Assembly (NCBI RefSeq): GCF_003704095.1
Contig: NW_020847569.1
Location: 310,001 to 374,000, forward strand
Reading direction: 5' to 3'
Length of the DNA: 64,000 nucleotides
Source: Pocillopora damicornis
Taxonomy: Eukaryota
The position numbers were made by a program, and so were the translations under genes. The stretch's first letter is position 1; every line of letters starts with the position of its first letter. Of this stretch, positions 23,001 through 36,955 are shown piece by piece. A model generated the notes under the pieces. It made no database searches. It was given only the letters and a program-made list of their open reading frames with translations, and had not been told where the DNA came from.

Positions 23001-26000
23001 GCCACGTTTCAGAAATACGGAAACATATGATTTCGTCCTGTGTAATGATCACGATCGATGAACATGCTGTTTTCATGGCGTTCTGGAAAACAAACTATTC
23101 ATTAGCGTTTCCATGGAGCAAGAATATAATCGACGAACATCATGTTTTCTTTACGTTCACCATTAATAATTGTGCGTGAAAACGCTTGGAAAATGCAGCG
23201 CTCGCACGCTCACGAAAACTACAGAAAAACATTCTGATAAACATTGCAAGCTGTTCACTACCGTTTCCATAGAGCGGGAAAAACAATGGACGAGCAACAC
23301 GTTTTCATGGCCTTCACTGTTCGTGATTCTGTGTGAAAACTCTTGGAAAATGCACCGTTCGCGCGCTTGGGAAAACTATAGAAAAACGTTCAGGAAACAA
23401 GCTGTACACTAGCGTTTTCGTGGAGCAGGAAAACAATCAACAAACATCATCTTTTCATTGCATTCACCGTTGATAACTCTGTGGGAAAACGCTTGGAAAA
23501 TGCAGCGTTCGCGCGCTCGGGAAAACTATAGAAAAACGTTCAGGAAAACAAGCTGTACACCAGCGTTTTCGTGGAGCAGGAAAACAATCGACAAATATCA
23601 TGTTTTCATGACATTAACCGTCAGTAATTTGTAGCAAAACACTGGGAAAATTTAGCGTTCGCGCACACAGGAAAACTATAGAAAAACTTTCAAGAAAACA
23701 GGCTATTCATTGGCATTGCAGGGTAACATGTGATGAACTGCGTGTTTTTCTTGAGTTTTACCGAGGGTGAACAGTAAATTTGCCATCCGTTTTCAGATAT
23801 CAGAAAACATTAGTATGATGTTGAATTTTTCAGTCTTTCACCATTTCGGAAAATTAACGATCTGTGTCAAAGCGCTATTTAAATTAGGCAATGCGCCATG
23901 TTCAATGAGCTACTATGTTCTAAGTCTAATTCGTCCTTAACTTGCCCCGTGCGCTCGAACTGCTAATTTGACCCTGGAAAAACACTTAACCCTCAAATAA
24001 GATCTGAGTACTTGCGTCATGTTAATAAGGAGAGGACTGAGTGGAGGATACACATCTGCCTGCATGCATTTATATATGAATCCTCTGATTACGTGCAATT
24101 AGTTGCTTCAAATTTAGTCCGAACCATTCAGGCACAGTTCACAGCTCGTTCAAAACGATTTTGTTTATATAGATGATGCCATAATGTTTTTCGTGAATCG
24201 TCTAGTAACACTGGTCAAATATTTTAATCGTGGCAAACCGGATCAACCTTGAGATTTCACCATTCCACATTATCGGATGGTCACCAAAGTTAAAATAATG
24301 GAAGCAATGATTATGATGAGAAACAAAATTTGTTAATTTCGTGATAGGCGTCTGCCTCGATAGCGATTCATGAGTCCTCTTTTCACGTGGAGTTATATTC
24401 CTTAAAGTCAGTCTGTACCACAGTGGCGCAGATCACATGTGCACGGTGGCTGGAAAAGTTTATAGATATGGCAGGATCCATATTTTATACTTTAATCTGA
24501 TCGGTAGCTACAGCCTATACTTTTGTGTGTAAAGTAGACCTTCCTGTCAACTTCCCCATCTTCCATTGCGGGATTAGCACCACTTAACCCTTTAACCCCA
24601 AAGATCTGATTGTTAATTCTCCCTTCAAGGTGCTTCACATTTCCTTATGAATTAGCTTAGAAGAATCAGGGAAACAACTTTTTCCTGATAGTTTTGGGTA
24701 TTCTCATTACCTATTTCCTGGATAATGAATGGATTTTGAAGGGAGAAGTAAGAGGTTAATCGCCTCTGGGAGTCAAAGTGTTAAGCAGCCTGACGTGGCT
24801 TTACCACATTTAGAACTATCTACGCAGGTTGTTGGAGTTCTAGCTCCTACAGCCTTCACAAAACGGTACCATCCTCGAAGAGCTGTGTGTCACAGAACGC
24901 TGCACCAAGTAGCGGTGTATCGTCAATGGTATTTCTATTGTCGTCACTCTGTTTCATAACAGGGACCGACTACAAATTTAAGAATTAATCTTAAAATAGT
25001 TGTAATCATTGCTATTGAGAATAAATTTTTGAAACGTCATTTAAGTTTGATAGTTTATTATTGCCCAGGATATGTTGATAACAAGTTAATTGCATCGCTT
25101 AGTTTTGTCTCAGAGATACCAATTCTTTGAGATTTCTTGAAAAGATCTTTCCTATCAAATAATTGACTAAAGGGAGAATTGATCAACGAACTGTTTCTCT
25201 CAGAAATTCTTCTTGATAAATTCAAGATGAAATCTCATTTAAAAAGCCAATCAAACCTAGATTAGTATATTTAAAAGGTGTCGGAAGGCGATTGGTGTAT
25301 CACCAATTGGTGTATCAAAAAAGGAGACAGGTATCTCAAAAAATCATCCTCTCACTTCCTAAAATTGGGAAATCCCTCCGAAGATTACACCCGAAAGGAA
25401 CAGTGGAATCGGTTTTGTTTTACTGAGGTCTGAAAAGTGAGAATTCATTGTCTCATGTAACCTTAAACTGATTACATGAAGAGAATTTGAATAGCAGGCG
25501 ATAGGAGGGTATGGCCTTTGGGAAAGTCATGTAGATTGATAACTGCAGCAGAGACACGTAAACTTATGATTACTTAGACGTGCTAATTGTCTTAATTAGG
25601 TTCAGTGTCGGTTATAACAAAAGCAACCAGAGTAACAGATCACACCTTCTCTGTTACCGGTCACATACACACAAATAAGCTTGAAAAGGTTATTTAATCA
25701 GGTTTCAACTGGTCGTCATTTCGGACCTCTTTCTGGTGTTGTTTTGTTTTTGTTAGAAAGGCTTGTAGAAGAGCTACTAGCGTAGAAATCATTGAGATTT
25801 TACCCATTTCACTCAACACGCTTTCCTACAAGATTCACCTGTTAAGGTATGATTTGGTCGAAATAAGGAATACTATACTCCTAAAATTTAAACTATTTTA
25901 TTAAACAACTTGTAATGATTCTTTCTCAGGAGCTACTCCTCTAGGCGATATACTCCTACAGGCAATACTCCTTTAAGCTTACTTGAGCCCACTACAGATT

Positions 26001-29000
26001 ATAACTTAGCTCTTTACTAACGTCAAAGACTCACTCTTGCCTCAAAATACGCAATCTTTGAAGTATATCGCAGTACTAAGCAATATTTTGGTAGAGCTTC
26101 TTAGTATTGTTTTTGTATTTTCTGACAAAAGAACTACTACTCCTAGCTTAGTCCTTATATACATTCCCAATGTATTTTAAAATATTTGGTTATTCGAATC
26201 TTACAACACAACTATTGTGGTAGAAATAGATCATAACTACATGAACTAATAGAATGTTTTAGTTTTCCAAGCTATGTCATCAGAAAGTTCGATTATCAAT
26301 GTCTTAGTGACTAAAAATTCTAGAAATTGTTTTCAGACTCCATCCATAACGCACCTAACACGATTTAGAAATCCTTGTAAATGATGATGCATGACTAAAC
26401 ATAATAAACAATTGGCCTATAATCACGGATCGCCGTGACCCATCGGTGAAGGCTTTTCGACAGAATAACAACTACATGTAAAGAAGGCTTGGGCATCAAA
26501 AGCTGCTTTAGTTTGTAACGACCTGAGTAAACAACAAGAGTTCAAAACGTTTAGTAATAAGCAAAATGCAATGCTCAAAGTTGTGCTTAAGACTTACTTA
26601 GTGAAGCACTTGATTGGAATAGATAGAGATGAAATTAAGATTATTTGGAAGCTTACTAATGCCCATGGTTCTTGACATTAGCTGAGGGAGGGCTGGGGGG
26701 GTTTGTTCTAATACTCGGATAAAAACAGTTGTTCAGTCGCCTCTAATGATGATTTCCGCTTAGGCTAGAGAAACGTCAGTCACTATTACTACCACCTCGA
26801 GTCACAACTTCTCATGAGTACTCTTACGTGAAAGATCAAACTACGCGGTCCAATGGTACTCCTCTATTCAAAATTCTCACTGTTTAATATTAACCATAAA
26901 CAGTGGATCATGTGAAATTCATTAAGTCCCTGTTATACATTAATGTACTTGTGTGAATCCTTTCGCTGTGCAGAATGACTTGCTTACAGCATTCAGTCTG
27001 TGCCACAGTAGCGCAGATCACAAGCAGGTGGCTTTAGTAGTTTGTAAATAAAGTAGGATCCGCAGTCTTTCACATTTATGTCAATTGATTTCTTGCAACA
27101 TTCTCTACCTCTGGTAAAGCAGACCCCGGNNNNNNNNNNNNNNNNNNNNNNNNNNNNNNNNNNNNNNNNNNNNNNNNNNNNNNNNNNNNNNNNNNNNNNN
27201 NNNNNNNNNNNNNNNNNNNNNNNNNNNNNTTAGGCGGGTTAACCCACCTTGACACGTTTACATGGCAAATTGTCACCCCGGCTGACCGGGCTACTCTACC
27301 TGGCAGACCGGGCAACCCACCCAGGCGGGTCACCCCACCTATCATGTAAACGTGATCAAAAGAAATTTTATGGTCAGGCGGGTTACCTCACCTAGGCGGG
27401 TTACCTTACCTACCTGGGGTCCTCCACCTCCATGTAAACTGGCCCTAAAGGGAGAATTGATCAACGAACCTGTTTCTCTCAGAAATTCATCTTGATAAAT
27501 TCAAGATGAAAGCTCATTTAAAAAGCCAATCAAAGCTAGATAATATTTATTATATTTAAAAAGTGCCGGAAGGGAATTGATGTATCAAAAAATGAGACAG
27601 GTATCTCAAAAAATCAACTCCCTCCGAAGATTATTGATCATTCACCCGAAGGAACAGTGGAATCGGTTTATTTTTACTGACATCTGAAAAGTGAGAATTC
27701 ATTGTCTCATGTAACCTTAAACTGGTTACATGTAGAGAATTTGAATAGCAGGCGATAAGAGGGTTTGGCCTTTGGGAAAGTCATGTAGACTGATAAGTGC
27801 GACAGAGACACCTTCTCCGTTACCGGTCACATACACACAAATAAGCTCGAAAAGGTTATTAAATCAGATTTTAAATGGTCGTCATTTCGGACCTCTTTCT
27901 GGCGTTGGTTTGTTTTTGTTAGAAAGGCTTGTATAAGAGCTACTAACGTAGACATCATTGATATTTCACACATTTCACCCAACACGCTTTCCTGCAAGAT
28001 TCACCTGTTCAGGTATGATTAAGGAATACTATACTCCTACAATTTAAACTATGGGTGACTTGAAATGATTCTTTCTCAGGAGCCACTCCTATAGGCGATA
28101 CATTAATTGTCCTTTAAGCTTACTTTAGCCCACCAGAGACCATAACTTAACTCTCTACTGACATCAAAGACTCACTCTTGCTTCAAAATCTCCCCAAAAT
28201 ACGCAATCTTTGAAGTATATCGCAGTAATGAGCAATATTTTGGTAGAGCCTCTTTCTCATCACCTGAATAATAAATGGATTTTGTAGGAAGAAGTAACAG
28301 GTTAATCGCCTGTGGGAGTCAAAGGGTTAAACAGCGCAGGTTGGCTTTACCACATTTATAACTATCCANNNNNNNNNNNNNNNNNNNNNNNNNNNNNNNN
28401 NNNNNNNNNNNNNNNNNNNNNNNNNNNNNNNNNNNNNNNNNNNNNNNNNNNNNNNNNNNNNNNNNNNNGTGTCTCAAGCAAAATCGACCGGACCGCTCTT
28501 ACAGAGACACTCTCTTAAGGTTAAAATAGCAGAATCTTATTTGCCAGAGCAGCAATACATGTTTTACTTTGCAAGAGTGAATTGGTACTCAGTTCATCTG
28601 GAACGTTTTTCACATGGAGTGCCAGTGGAAATCTGGTGTAACTCATTTGATCTGTTTGGCCAAGCATGTTTCATGCCAGTTCAGAGAATTAAATCCAACT
28701 GTTCTTTAGGAGAAAAAGTTTACAAACAAGAAAATGTTCTCGGAGTAACAAGTTAGACTGATATAAGGCTGCATTGCACTGATTTTTTATTTTGAGTTTA
28801 AAAACTACTGACGTACAAGTTATTAAAATGCAATGATAAAATATAATGATTATGTCTTCCACGTCGTTGTATTTTGCATATGCTTAGCTCATATACTGCA
28901 TGCGGAGAGACTCAGCAAAATTCTATTTCTGATATAACTACCCATTAACCACAAATTACCAAACTGGTACAAATGAGCCATGGGACCAGCAATACCAAAC

Positions 29001-32000
29001 TGGACATATGACCCAATTGACACAAATGATCCAAGAGACACAAATGATCAAAGAGACACAAATGATCCAATAGACAAAATGATCCAACAGACAAAATGAT
29101 CCAACAGACACAAAATGATCTAAAAGGCACAAATAATCCGACAGACTCAAATGATACAACAGAAACAAACAACCCAATAGACATGAATTATCCAATAGAC
29201 ACTAATGGCCCGCTAGACCACAGGATATGATTGGCCATATCTCTAACAGATACAAATTATGTAATCATTTGATCCAATCAGACTCAACTGCCTCAAATGA
29301 CCCAATCAGCTCAAATGACTGAATTGCCTCAAATGACCCAATCAGTCCCAATTAGCCAACTGCCAAAATGACCCAACCAGCTCAAATAACTGAATTGCCT
29401 CAAATGACCCAATTGGTTCCAGAGGCCCAACTGCCTCAAATGAGCTTTTCAGTTCCAATGAGCCAACTTCCTCAAATGACCCAATCAGCTCAAATAACCG
29501 AATTGCCTAAATGACCTTATCAGTTCCAATGAACCAACTGCCTCAAATGACCCAACCAGCTCAGATGATGGAATTGCCTCAAATGAGCTAATCAGCTCCA
29601 GTCGCCCAACTGCCTCAAATGAGCTAATCAGTTCCAGTGACCCAACTGCCTGAAATAACTCAATCAGTTCCAATAAGCCAACTACCAAAATAACCCAACC
29701 TGCTCAGATAACTGTATCGCCTCAAATGGCCTAATTGGCTCCAGTGGCCCAACTGCCTCAAATGAGCTAATCAGTTCCAGTGACCCAACTGCCTCAAATG
29801 ACCCAATCCACATAAATGACCCAATAAGCTCAACTGCCTCAAATGACCCAAACGGCTCAAATGAACTAATCGTTGTTAATACTCTGAATATTAAGCAAAC
29901 TATTCACTGGCGTTTTCATGGGGCAGGATTAAGAGCAGGAAATAATGATCACGATCGATGAACATGTTGTTTTCATGGCGTTCCAGAAAACAAACTATTC
30001 ATTAGCGTTTCCATGGAGCAAGAATATAATGGACGAACTTCATGTTTTCTTTACGTTTACCGTTAATAATTGTGTGTGAAAACACTCGGAGAATTGAGCG
30101 CTCGTACGCTCACGAAAACTACAGAAAAACATTCTGTTCAACAGTGCAAGCTGTTTACTGCCGTTTCCATGGAGCAGGAAAACAATGGACGAGCAACATG
30201 TTTTCGTGGCCTTCACTGTTCGCGATTCTGTGTGAAAACACTTGGAAAATGCAACATTCGCGCGCTTGGGAAAACTATAGAAAAACGGTCAGGAAAACAA
30301 GCTGTACACTGGCGTTTTCGTGGAGCAGGAAAACAATCAACAAACATCATGTTTTCATTGCATTCACCTTTGATAACTCTGTGGGAAAACGCTTGGAAAA
30401 TGCAGCGCTCGCGCTCGGGAAAACTTTAGAAAAACCTTCAGGAAAACAAGCTATACACTAGCGTTTTCGTGGAGCAGGAAAACAATAGAAAAACATCATG
30501 TTTTCATGGCATTCACCGTTAGTAATTCTGTGGGGAAAATGCTGGGAAAATGCAGCGTTTGCGCTCTCGGGAAAACTATGGAAAAACGTTCAGGAAAACA
30601 AGCTCTACACTAGCGTTTCCGTGGAGCAGGAAAATAATAGACAAATATCATGTTTTCATGACATTAACCGTCAGCAATTCTGTGGGAAAACACGTGGAAA
30701 ATGAAGCGTTCGCGCGCACAGGAAAACTATAGAAAGACTTTCAAGAAAACAGGCTATTCATTGGCATTTTCCTGGTGCAGGGTAACATGTGATAAACTTC
30801 GTGTTTTTCTTGCGTTTTACTGAGGGTGAACAGTAAATTTGCCATCAGTTTTCAGATATCAGAAAACATTGGTATGATGTCGAGTTTTTCAGTCTTTCAC
30901 CATTTCGGAAAACTAACGATGAACAAGGGTTTTTGTGCCATGAAGTGAATTCGAAAGAGAACAAGCCTAAAGGACAGGTCATTGAAAGTCAGTTTTCTAC
31001 AGTCTCCCCTTTAGAATCTGTTGATGACGTCTGATCCTCTATCCTTTTCCCCTGACAACCATATGATTCCCCCAAAAACTGCTCTCCCCCCCTCCTCCCC
31101 CCTCCCCTTAACCAGGCGATAAGTAATGAATGATCCCTAACTTAATCTGATGAATCCAATTTTCCTCATTTTCCTTGTTTTTGTAATGATTCAATGCTTT
31201 TTTTTTATCTTTAGCCTTATCGCCGAAGCAATTTACGACTTTTTTCTTCGATGGTGGATCCTATTTTTTCATTCTTTGATAAAATCGACTTTACTTGCCG
31301 GTAAAGAAAATTGTTTCNNNNNNNNNNNNNNNNNNNNNNNNNNNNNNNNNNNNNNNNNNNNNNNNNNNNNNNNNNNNNNNNNNNNNNNNNNNNNNNNNNN
31401 NNNNNNNNNNNNNNNNNAAAACAATAGAAAAACATCATGTTTTCATGGCATTCACCGTTAGTAATTCTGTGTGGAAAATGCTTGGAAAATGCAGCGTTGC
31501 GCTTGGGAAAACTATGGAAAAATGTCCAGGAAAACAAGCTATACACTAGCGTATTCGTGGAGCAGGAAAACTATCGACAAATATCATGTTTTCATGACAT
31601 TAACCGTCAGTAATTCTGTGGGAAAACACGTGGAAAATGAAGCGTTCGCGCACACAAGAAAACTACGGAAAAACTTTCAAGAAAACAGGCTATTCATTGG
31701 CATTTTCCTGGTGCAGGGTAACATGTGATGAACTTCGTGTTTTTCTTGAGTTTTACCGAGGGTGAACGGTAAATTTGCCATCCGTTTTCAGATATCAGAA
31801 AACATTAGTATGATGTCGAATTTTTCAGTCTTTCACCATTTCGGAAAACTAACGATGAACAAGGGTTTCTGTGCCGTGAACGTGTTGATTTTAGGCGAAA
31901 TATTTTCGGTCAAACAACTTTTGCCAAACAGTAGTATCCTTTGACCTTTTTTATGGCCCAAGAGAATTTAGGATAAAATCTGGGATGATTTTACAGTTTA

Positions 32001-32391
32001 AATATGAACACGACACGAGACTAAAAAATCCTCATTGATGTAACAAGAAATTCTCTTTTGACTGACATTTTTTTCTTTACTAACCTTCAGTTCCGCAGCA
32101 ATCACATCTTTTGCCGAGTTTACCCCATACCAGCAGCAAAGTCAGTAAAAGGGCAGCGGTGGAAACCAAACACGCAAAAAGAATTAAGCCCAAATATCCC
32201 TCGTTTGACCGCCTTGCTGGGTGTGGTTTCCTGTCGAGCGTTTCGTAAATTGGATCATTTGCAGCTCTAAAATTTGCGATGTTTTCTTTTGAATTTTCTC
32301 TGATTTGTTTCAGTCGTGTCGGTTTTTCAGTGCCAAGATAGTCTACGATGTAACCTTCGTTTAAAGCGGGTTTTCCAAAGGAAGAAGTCAT
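17009..32391 (-). CDS. Gene B: type II transmembrane protein with coiled-coil stalk, EGF and USOMP5-like domain, about 470 aa; tandem paralogue of gene A
   Basis: Exons 32391-32085 (tail, TM, CDCC), 20397-20309, 19948-19829, 19614-19522, 19027-18913 (EGF), 18454-18406 (weak GAG acceptor), 18309-18180, 17518-17009. The total is 1413 nt, open. The first intron is 11.7 kb, repeat-filled and gapped, so linking exon 1 relies on homology and phase. Confidence 0.82.
19075..19480 (-). mobile_element. tRNA-headed SINE, probably of the Nin/Deu-domain type, in a gene B intron
   Basis: Central gagacctacgg..ttatccgagaagactag..aaaggcagcac..ctcctcag block, degenerate tRNA head at about 19400-19475 and an AT-rich tail. 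Absent from the equivalent gene A intron (9630-9761). Confidence 0.65.
21860..23861 (+). repeat. Two partial copies of a composite element (18-bp-based minisatellite, linker, ~150-bp tandem units, tail); an inverted fragment lies at about 21478-21640
   Basis: ctgcctcaaatgacccaa arrays. ggagcaggaaaacaat units at 23422 and 23573 (period 151). Linker and tail are the same as in 29870-30942. Confidence 0.85.
22801..23042. mobile_element. 242-bp MITE with CACAGGACGAAAT terminal inverted repeats and TAA target duplication
   Basis: TAA[cacaggacgaaat...atttcgtcctgtg]TAA. The empty site ggaaataatgatc is seen in sister copies at about 21977 and 29938. Confidence 0.9.
24584..24784. mobile_element. piggyBac-like MITE of about 200 bp
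   Basis: TTAACCCTTTAAC...agtcaaagtgTTAA, same family as 61556-61768. Confidence 0.7.
25167..28250 (+). repeat. Local direct duplication: about 25167-26098 versus 27445-28250
   Basis: Collinear diverged blocks beginning ctaaagggagaattgatcaacgaa and ending gcaatattttggtagagc. Also 24410-24480 resembles 26993-27062. Confidence 0.85.
27231..27445. mobile_element. PIF/Harbinger-like MITE, right part; the left part is in an N-gap
   Basis: GC-rich ggcgggttacc subrepeats and the terminus catgtaaactggccc followed by TAA. The paralogous site (about 25168) has TAA without the element. Confidence 0.65.
28469..30942 (+). mobile_element. Probable CACTA/EnSpm-type DNA transposon 3' remnant: transposase C-terminus, minisatellites and terminus
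   Basis: ORF 28469-28756 ([24 protein letters not shown]) resembles the C-terminus of animal EnSpm-like transposases (recalled, not searched). 18-bp-based array at about 28980-29870 and ~150-bp units at 30171, 30322, 30471 and 30623. The sister copy ends ...TGTGCCGTG. Confidence 0.55.
31418..31878 (+). repeat. Further copy of the 3' end of the composite element
   Basis: Closely matches about 30479-30942. Ends aagggtttctgtgccgtg about 200 bp from gene B exon 1. Confidence 0.85.
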
Positions 32392-32561
32392 CGCTATGAA
32401 GTGCGACTCAGTCTTCAGACAAACTGAAAAATGACTTAAAGCACTGGACAGGTTTGATTATAAATTTGCCTATCACACCTTCACCTTAACTTGACCTTGA
32501 ACTAATTGGCCCCAAATTCAAGGGGCTGTGTTACACTGAAAGTCTGGGCATTATGTTCATT

Positions 32562-32840
32562 CAGGTTTGACATTTGTAGCTGTCAAATTACCATTGTTCC
32601 CCATCGCAATTGGCATGACAGCAGAGTGCACGACGGTAAAAGTCGACGATGTCATGATCCTTTCATCACGTACTGTTGTCTATGATGTTAAAAAATTACA
32701 AATCAACATGTAGACAGTTTGTGCTCCGATTGTTTCCTTCATTAGAGTTATACAGTGTCTTGCTTACGCGTTGTTGTGTACGTTTCCAAGTAATTACAAC
32801 TCAACATGTAGACAATTTTGCTCTGATTGTTTCCTGAGGG
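32562..32840. promoter_or_regulatory. Conserved non-coding block upstream of gene B, partly duplicated
   Basis: Homologous to 16085-16265. The aattacaa..caacatgtagaca..gattgtttcct segment occurs twice (about 32693-32739 and 32792-32837). Confidence 0.5.
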
Positions 32841-35800
32841 CTTTCACTCTCATCGGAAACAATATTTTTTAATTCCGCCCGTCTAAGGCATTAAAAAAAG
32901 TATGAAAGCTAACCCTCACGTGCGTTATCTTTAGATCGACCAAACACATACATGACATTTTTCCCAGGAATAGGTGTTTTGGAAAAGTAGTTTTAATTTA
33001 CTATGAAGACAATTAGAGCTCTAATTAATAGCTGAGGGTTTCAACAAATTTCAGGGCCTTCTCTCTCTTCGAAAACACGCTCTGGAAGTTTCTACACTGT
33101 CAGTCTAAAGGAATAGATAAGAATAAAAGCTAACTCTCACTCACGTAACAGCAAATCAACAGAACGCAAACACAAACAATTTCCAAGAAGGATTGCTTTC
33201 TAGACATAAATATCATAAAAAGTTCATGTAAAAATTCAGTACTAAAAATAAAAAAATCCTTGAAAGAAAAGGAAAACGAAAGGACGACGTTTACCTATTA
33301 AATATTGGGTTTCAATGATACATGGGACATGTACTCAACACTCTACTCAGCATGTGCACTGAGTCAGTAACACAAAAATACGGAGTATTCAGATGAAATT
33401 ATGCACAGAATGGGAGGAGTGTTAATAATGCAGTTCGAAGCAAGGAGTGTCCATAAAGTTAAGTTGTTTAACAAAAAATCCTCAGGAGTTCGATGCCATC
33501 AAGAAATTGTATCCTGGAAGCTTATATTATGAAACCGATTAGGTCCGTGAAGAAGTCAAACGCATCGTTGCTGCAAGTCACAAATTGCACGCCACAAAGT
33601 TCATTTTCCACTTTAATTGATACATCTGTTTTGATATCGCAAGGGTTAGTGTGAGGTTTACAATGACAATTGATAGCCGAATGAAAGGTGAATGAACATT
33701 GATAGCTGAGGGTTCGAAACAGGCAAGAATTGTTAATCGTGGTAGTTTTAGTCATTTTTCATAAATTCTTCATCGAACCTGTTTGAAAAGAACTGGTATT
33801 TTGTCTTCCTACATTTGAGAGATTCTTGGGCTTTTCGCTGTTGGTTGTGTCCCGTTTGGACAGGAAACTAGTAACATAGATTGAAAGGCCGCTCAGCGAC
33901 CTTTCAATATTCTGGACCGATGGCATGTCTGTACTGCACTACGTAAACAACGTATTGTAATTTCGTCGTTCAAACCCTGCACTTTGGGGCCGGATTTATG
34001 TAAGGTCTAAGCGCTTGCTGACTATTTTTCGTGTGATTCATATTTATTTATTTCGTTCTTTGTGTTTTTTTGATACCTCCTCGTTAGCTTTTTCTCTTAA
34101 GTTTGTTAGCGTTTTTCTTCGTCAGTTACACCTTTTTTATTTCTCAGTCCTCTTGTATTTAAAGCCAGTAGTTTCTTTGATAACCAATTTCCACGTCAGC
34201 TTACCTAAAGTCGCGCTTGGCGCAGTTCCCTGTTTTAGCAATCAATTTTTTTGCATTTACATATGAAGCGTTATCAAGGTAAGTATTTTTCCGTTTCGCT
34301 TCGTTTGTATTCTTTTTTTGTTTGTAATTTGTTTGTCTAAATTTGCTAACTCAACTTTCATTTATGTTTTTAGTTTCAACCTACCACTACTGCTGCAATC
34401 TAATATACAGCATTATATCGGAGTAAGCTTCAGCCCACCATGGGGAGCTAAGAATGTTGTATTGATTTTTTGCATCCAGAATGTACTGAACTCCTGGGTC
34501 ATGATTTGTTCATATAGAGCTCCGTACCCTTTACTCGTACTATATACACTTACGTTTACTGAGTAGATAACCTGGATTCGAAATAATGACTCCTGAGACT
34601 AATTGGAGATACCAGCACAAAAAGCATTTCAAGTTCAAATTCTTACATAGAGCTGTATTGCTTTTGATATAGTTTACCAGGAATGACAACGATACGCCCT
34701 GACGCTTAAGGCAGAGAGCTTCTGACTAAGCCAGTTATTTCGGAAGCAGTAAGTTATCAATGCAGTGTCTATTAAATTTTTTTTCATTTTTTTGTAAGAA
34801 GATCTTCATGGGGTTAACCCTCCTATAATTCTACAATTGTGATTTACACTTGTGCACTGACTCGAGATACACGTGTAAATTCCAGTGTGGAATATTGTGT
34901 TATTAAATCCTTGTATTTACAAGTCGGACTTTACCCGTGTAAATTACACGTGTAAAAGCTACAAGTGCCCCTGATGTATCTAAGTCATACTTTTATAGCA
35001 GTGCTGATTGCAGAATACGAAGTTTCAATTTATCCAGATGCTTCCATCTGACCCAAGTGTAGTCCATTTGCCAGCTCTTCCGAAAAAAACGCATGTTTTA
35101 ACTAGTTCATACACATGCCATGGTGTTCACGGAGCTCACTTTGAAAACTTCGTCAGAAAACATTACAAACTGCTACGAATGGCTCACATTAAGAAAAACA
35201 AAACCAAGCTACCATTTCGCATTTTTCTCGTCGTAAAGATCATTCCGGCGTCTAATATGTTTGTAACATACTTTAATGAGTTTACATCAGTACATCACAA
35301 AACGATAAGAAAAATAACAAAAACTTAAATGAAACGCATTAAGAGATACACAAAAAGAGCACGAAAAATGAGAAATGTTGTTTGGAAACGGTAAAACCGA
35401 TGCAATACCGAAACTGAAAATTGCTTTGTGTAAACATGCTTACCGGCAAGAATTCACTGAACGCAAATCAAGAAGATAGCAAACGACACCTGACTAAGCC
35501 GTCAAGGTCAAGATTTTCATGCCCTTTGCATTAGACAAAGTGAATTTTCTTCTTTTTCTCTTGTTAAGATTATAGACTGATACGGAACTGAGATAAATTA
35601 CTACATTAATTGCATGCATCATCTGATCAAATACTTGTTCCTGGGCCTGCACTATCGGAAAAATATTGTTTTGGAACATTAATTACGAAGGTATCGTCCG
35701 TTACGGGGACAGCCCTAAAATAAAAAAAGAACGAACATAAAACACGTATTCCGCGAATAAACAAATGCTAGACTTATCTACAAATGATCTTTACCAACTC

Positions 35801-36955
35801 GAAAAACTAAGCGATTAACTTCAAAACCGAGCCTGTGTTTACACATTAAATTTCTATACAACTGTAAGTAGATTTCACCCACATATTCCATTTGATTTGA
35901 GTTGCGGTACAGTTTCTGAACTGATCATGCAATCTCAAGAGAGCTCGCTGAAAGGGAAGCATGTTCCAGAAACCATATAATTTTTATCTCCACTTGAAAA
36001 AAAAATATGTATGAAGAGAGTAGAGTAACCCAACCCCTCGAAAATTGTCTTCAACCATACTACAAAATGAGACCATAGACGCCGCCATTTTAAATCGGCT
36101 TAACAGCTTGGCCGTTCTTATTCCTCCTCGGTGATCTACTTTAACAATTGGATGCTGTACTAAGAGGTATCCTTGACTCCAGTAACCTTGACTCAAATAA
36201 CAAGTTTTACCATGACCGAGCAACACATTTGGCGAACGGTTCAATGACTCTTCGGAATCTCAAAACGTGGTAGAAAGTAAATTTTTATACTTTCTTTCTG
36301 ATTTTCTTTCCATTGCCTCAAATTCCTTTCCCTTAAATTATCCTCTTGGCATAGCTTTCACAATTTAAGAAGCTAAAGGCAATTTCTGTCGCTCATCTCT
36401 AACAATTCCCAACATAAAAGAGGAAACATCCTTACTTTGGTATATAGGAGCAGTGTGGTCCCCCTACTTTACTCCAGTAATTGTCACAGTAGAAGCACTC
36501 ACATCCCATCTGGGGATTTTCGCCATGATCAAAAGCAAACCGACCAAAGATCACGTTCCGGACAAACTTTATATCCATTTCAAAAGTGGGCATCATATTC
36601 TTGATTGGAAAGGTTTTTGTGTCAAGGGAAATCAACTGAGTAAAACAAAGAGATTTCAGTTAAAATAAAGGAGGATTAAAACAACCACAATAAGGCATTG
36701 TAGGAGTCCAGAATAAACATCATCATCGTCATCATAACAACGATTCCGGTAACGAGAGCTCTTTTGACCAGGTACAATAAAAGTTTTGTTCTTGTCGTAG
36801 CAGAGGGTAACCACGAGTTTAAATGGGTGTTTTAGTATGGACTAAGAAGTGTGACGACGAAAATGTGATATTGCTTAAAAACGACTATTTTTTTAAGATT
36901 CAGAAAGATATCGTCATAAATTGAAATCGATTCTTATGTCTTCAACCAATCTGTT

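Noticed and set aside
28945-29688. Repetitive ORFs ([19 protein letters not shown])
   Set aside because: Translations of an 18-bp-based minisatellite, interrupted by stops and lacking splice support.
29900-30760. Regularly spaced repeats resembling a CRISPR array, and the ORFs over them
   Set aside because: Whole ~150-bp units are homologous with no unique spacers, there are no cas genes, and the context is eukaryotic. The ORFs are repeat translations.
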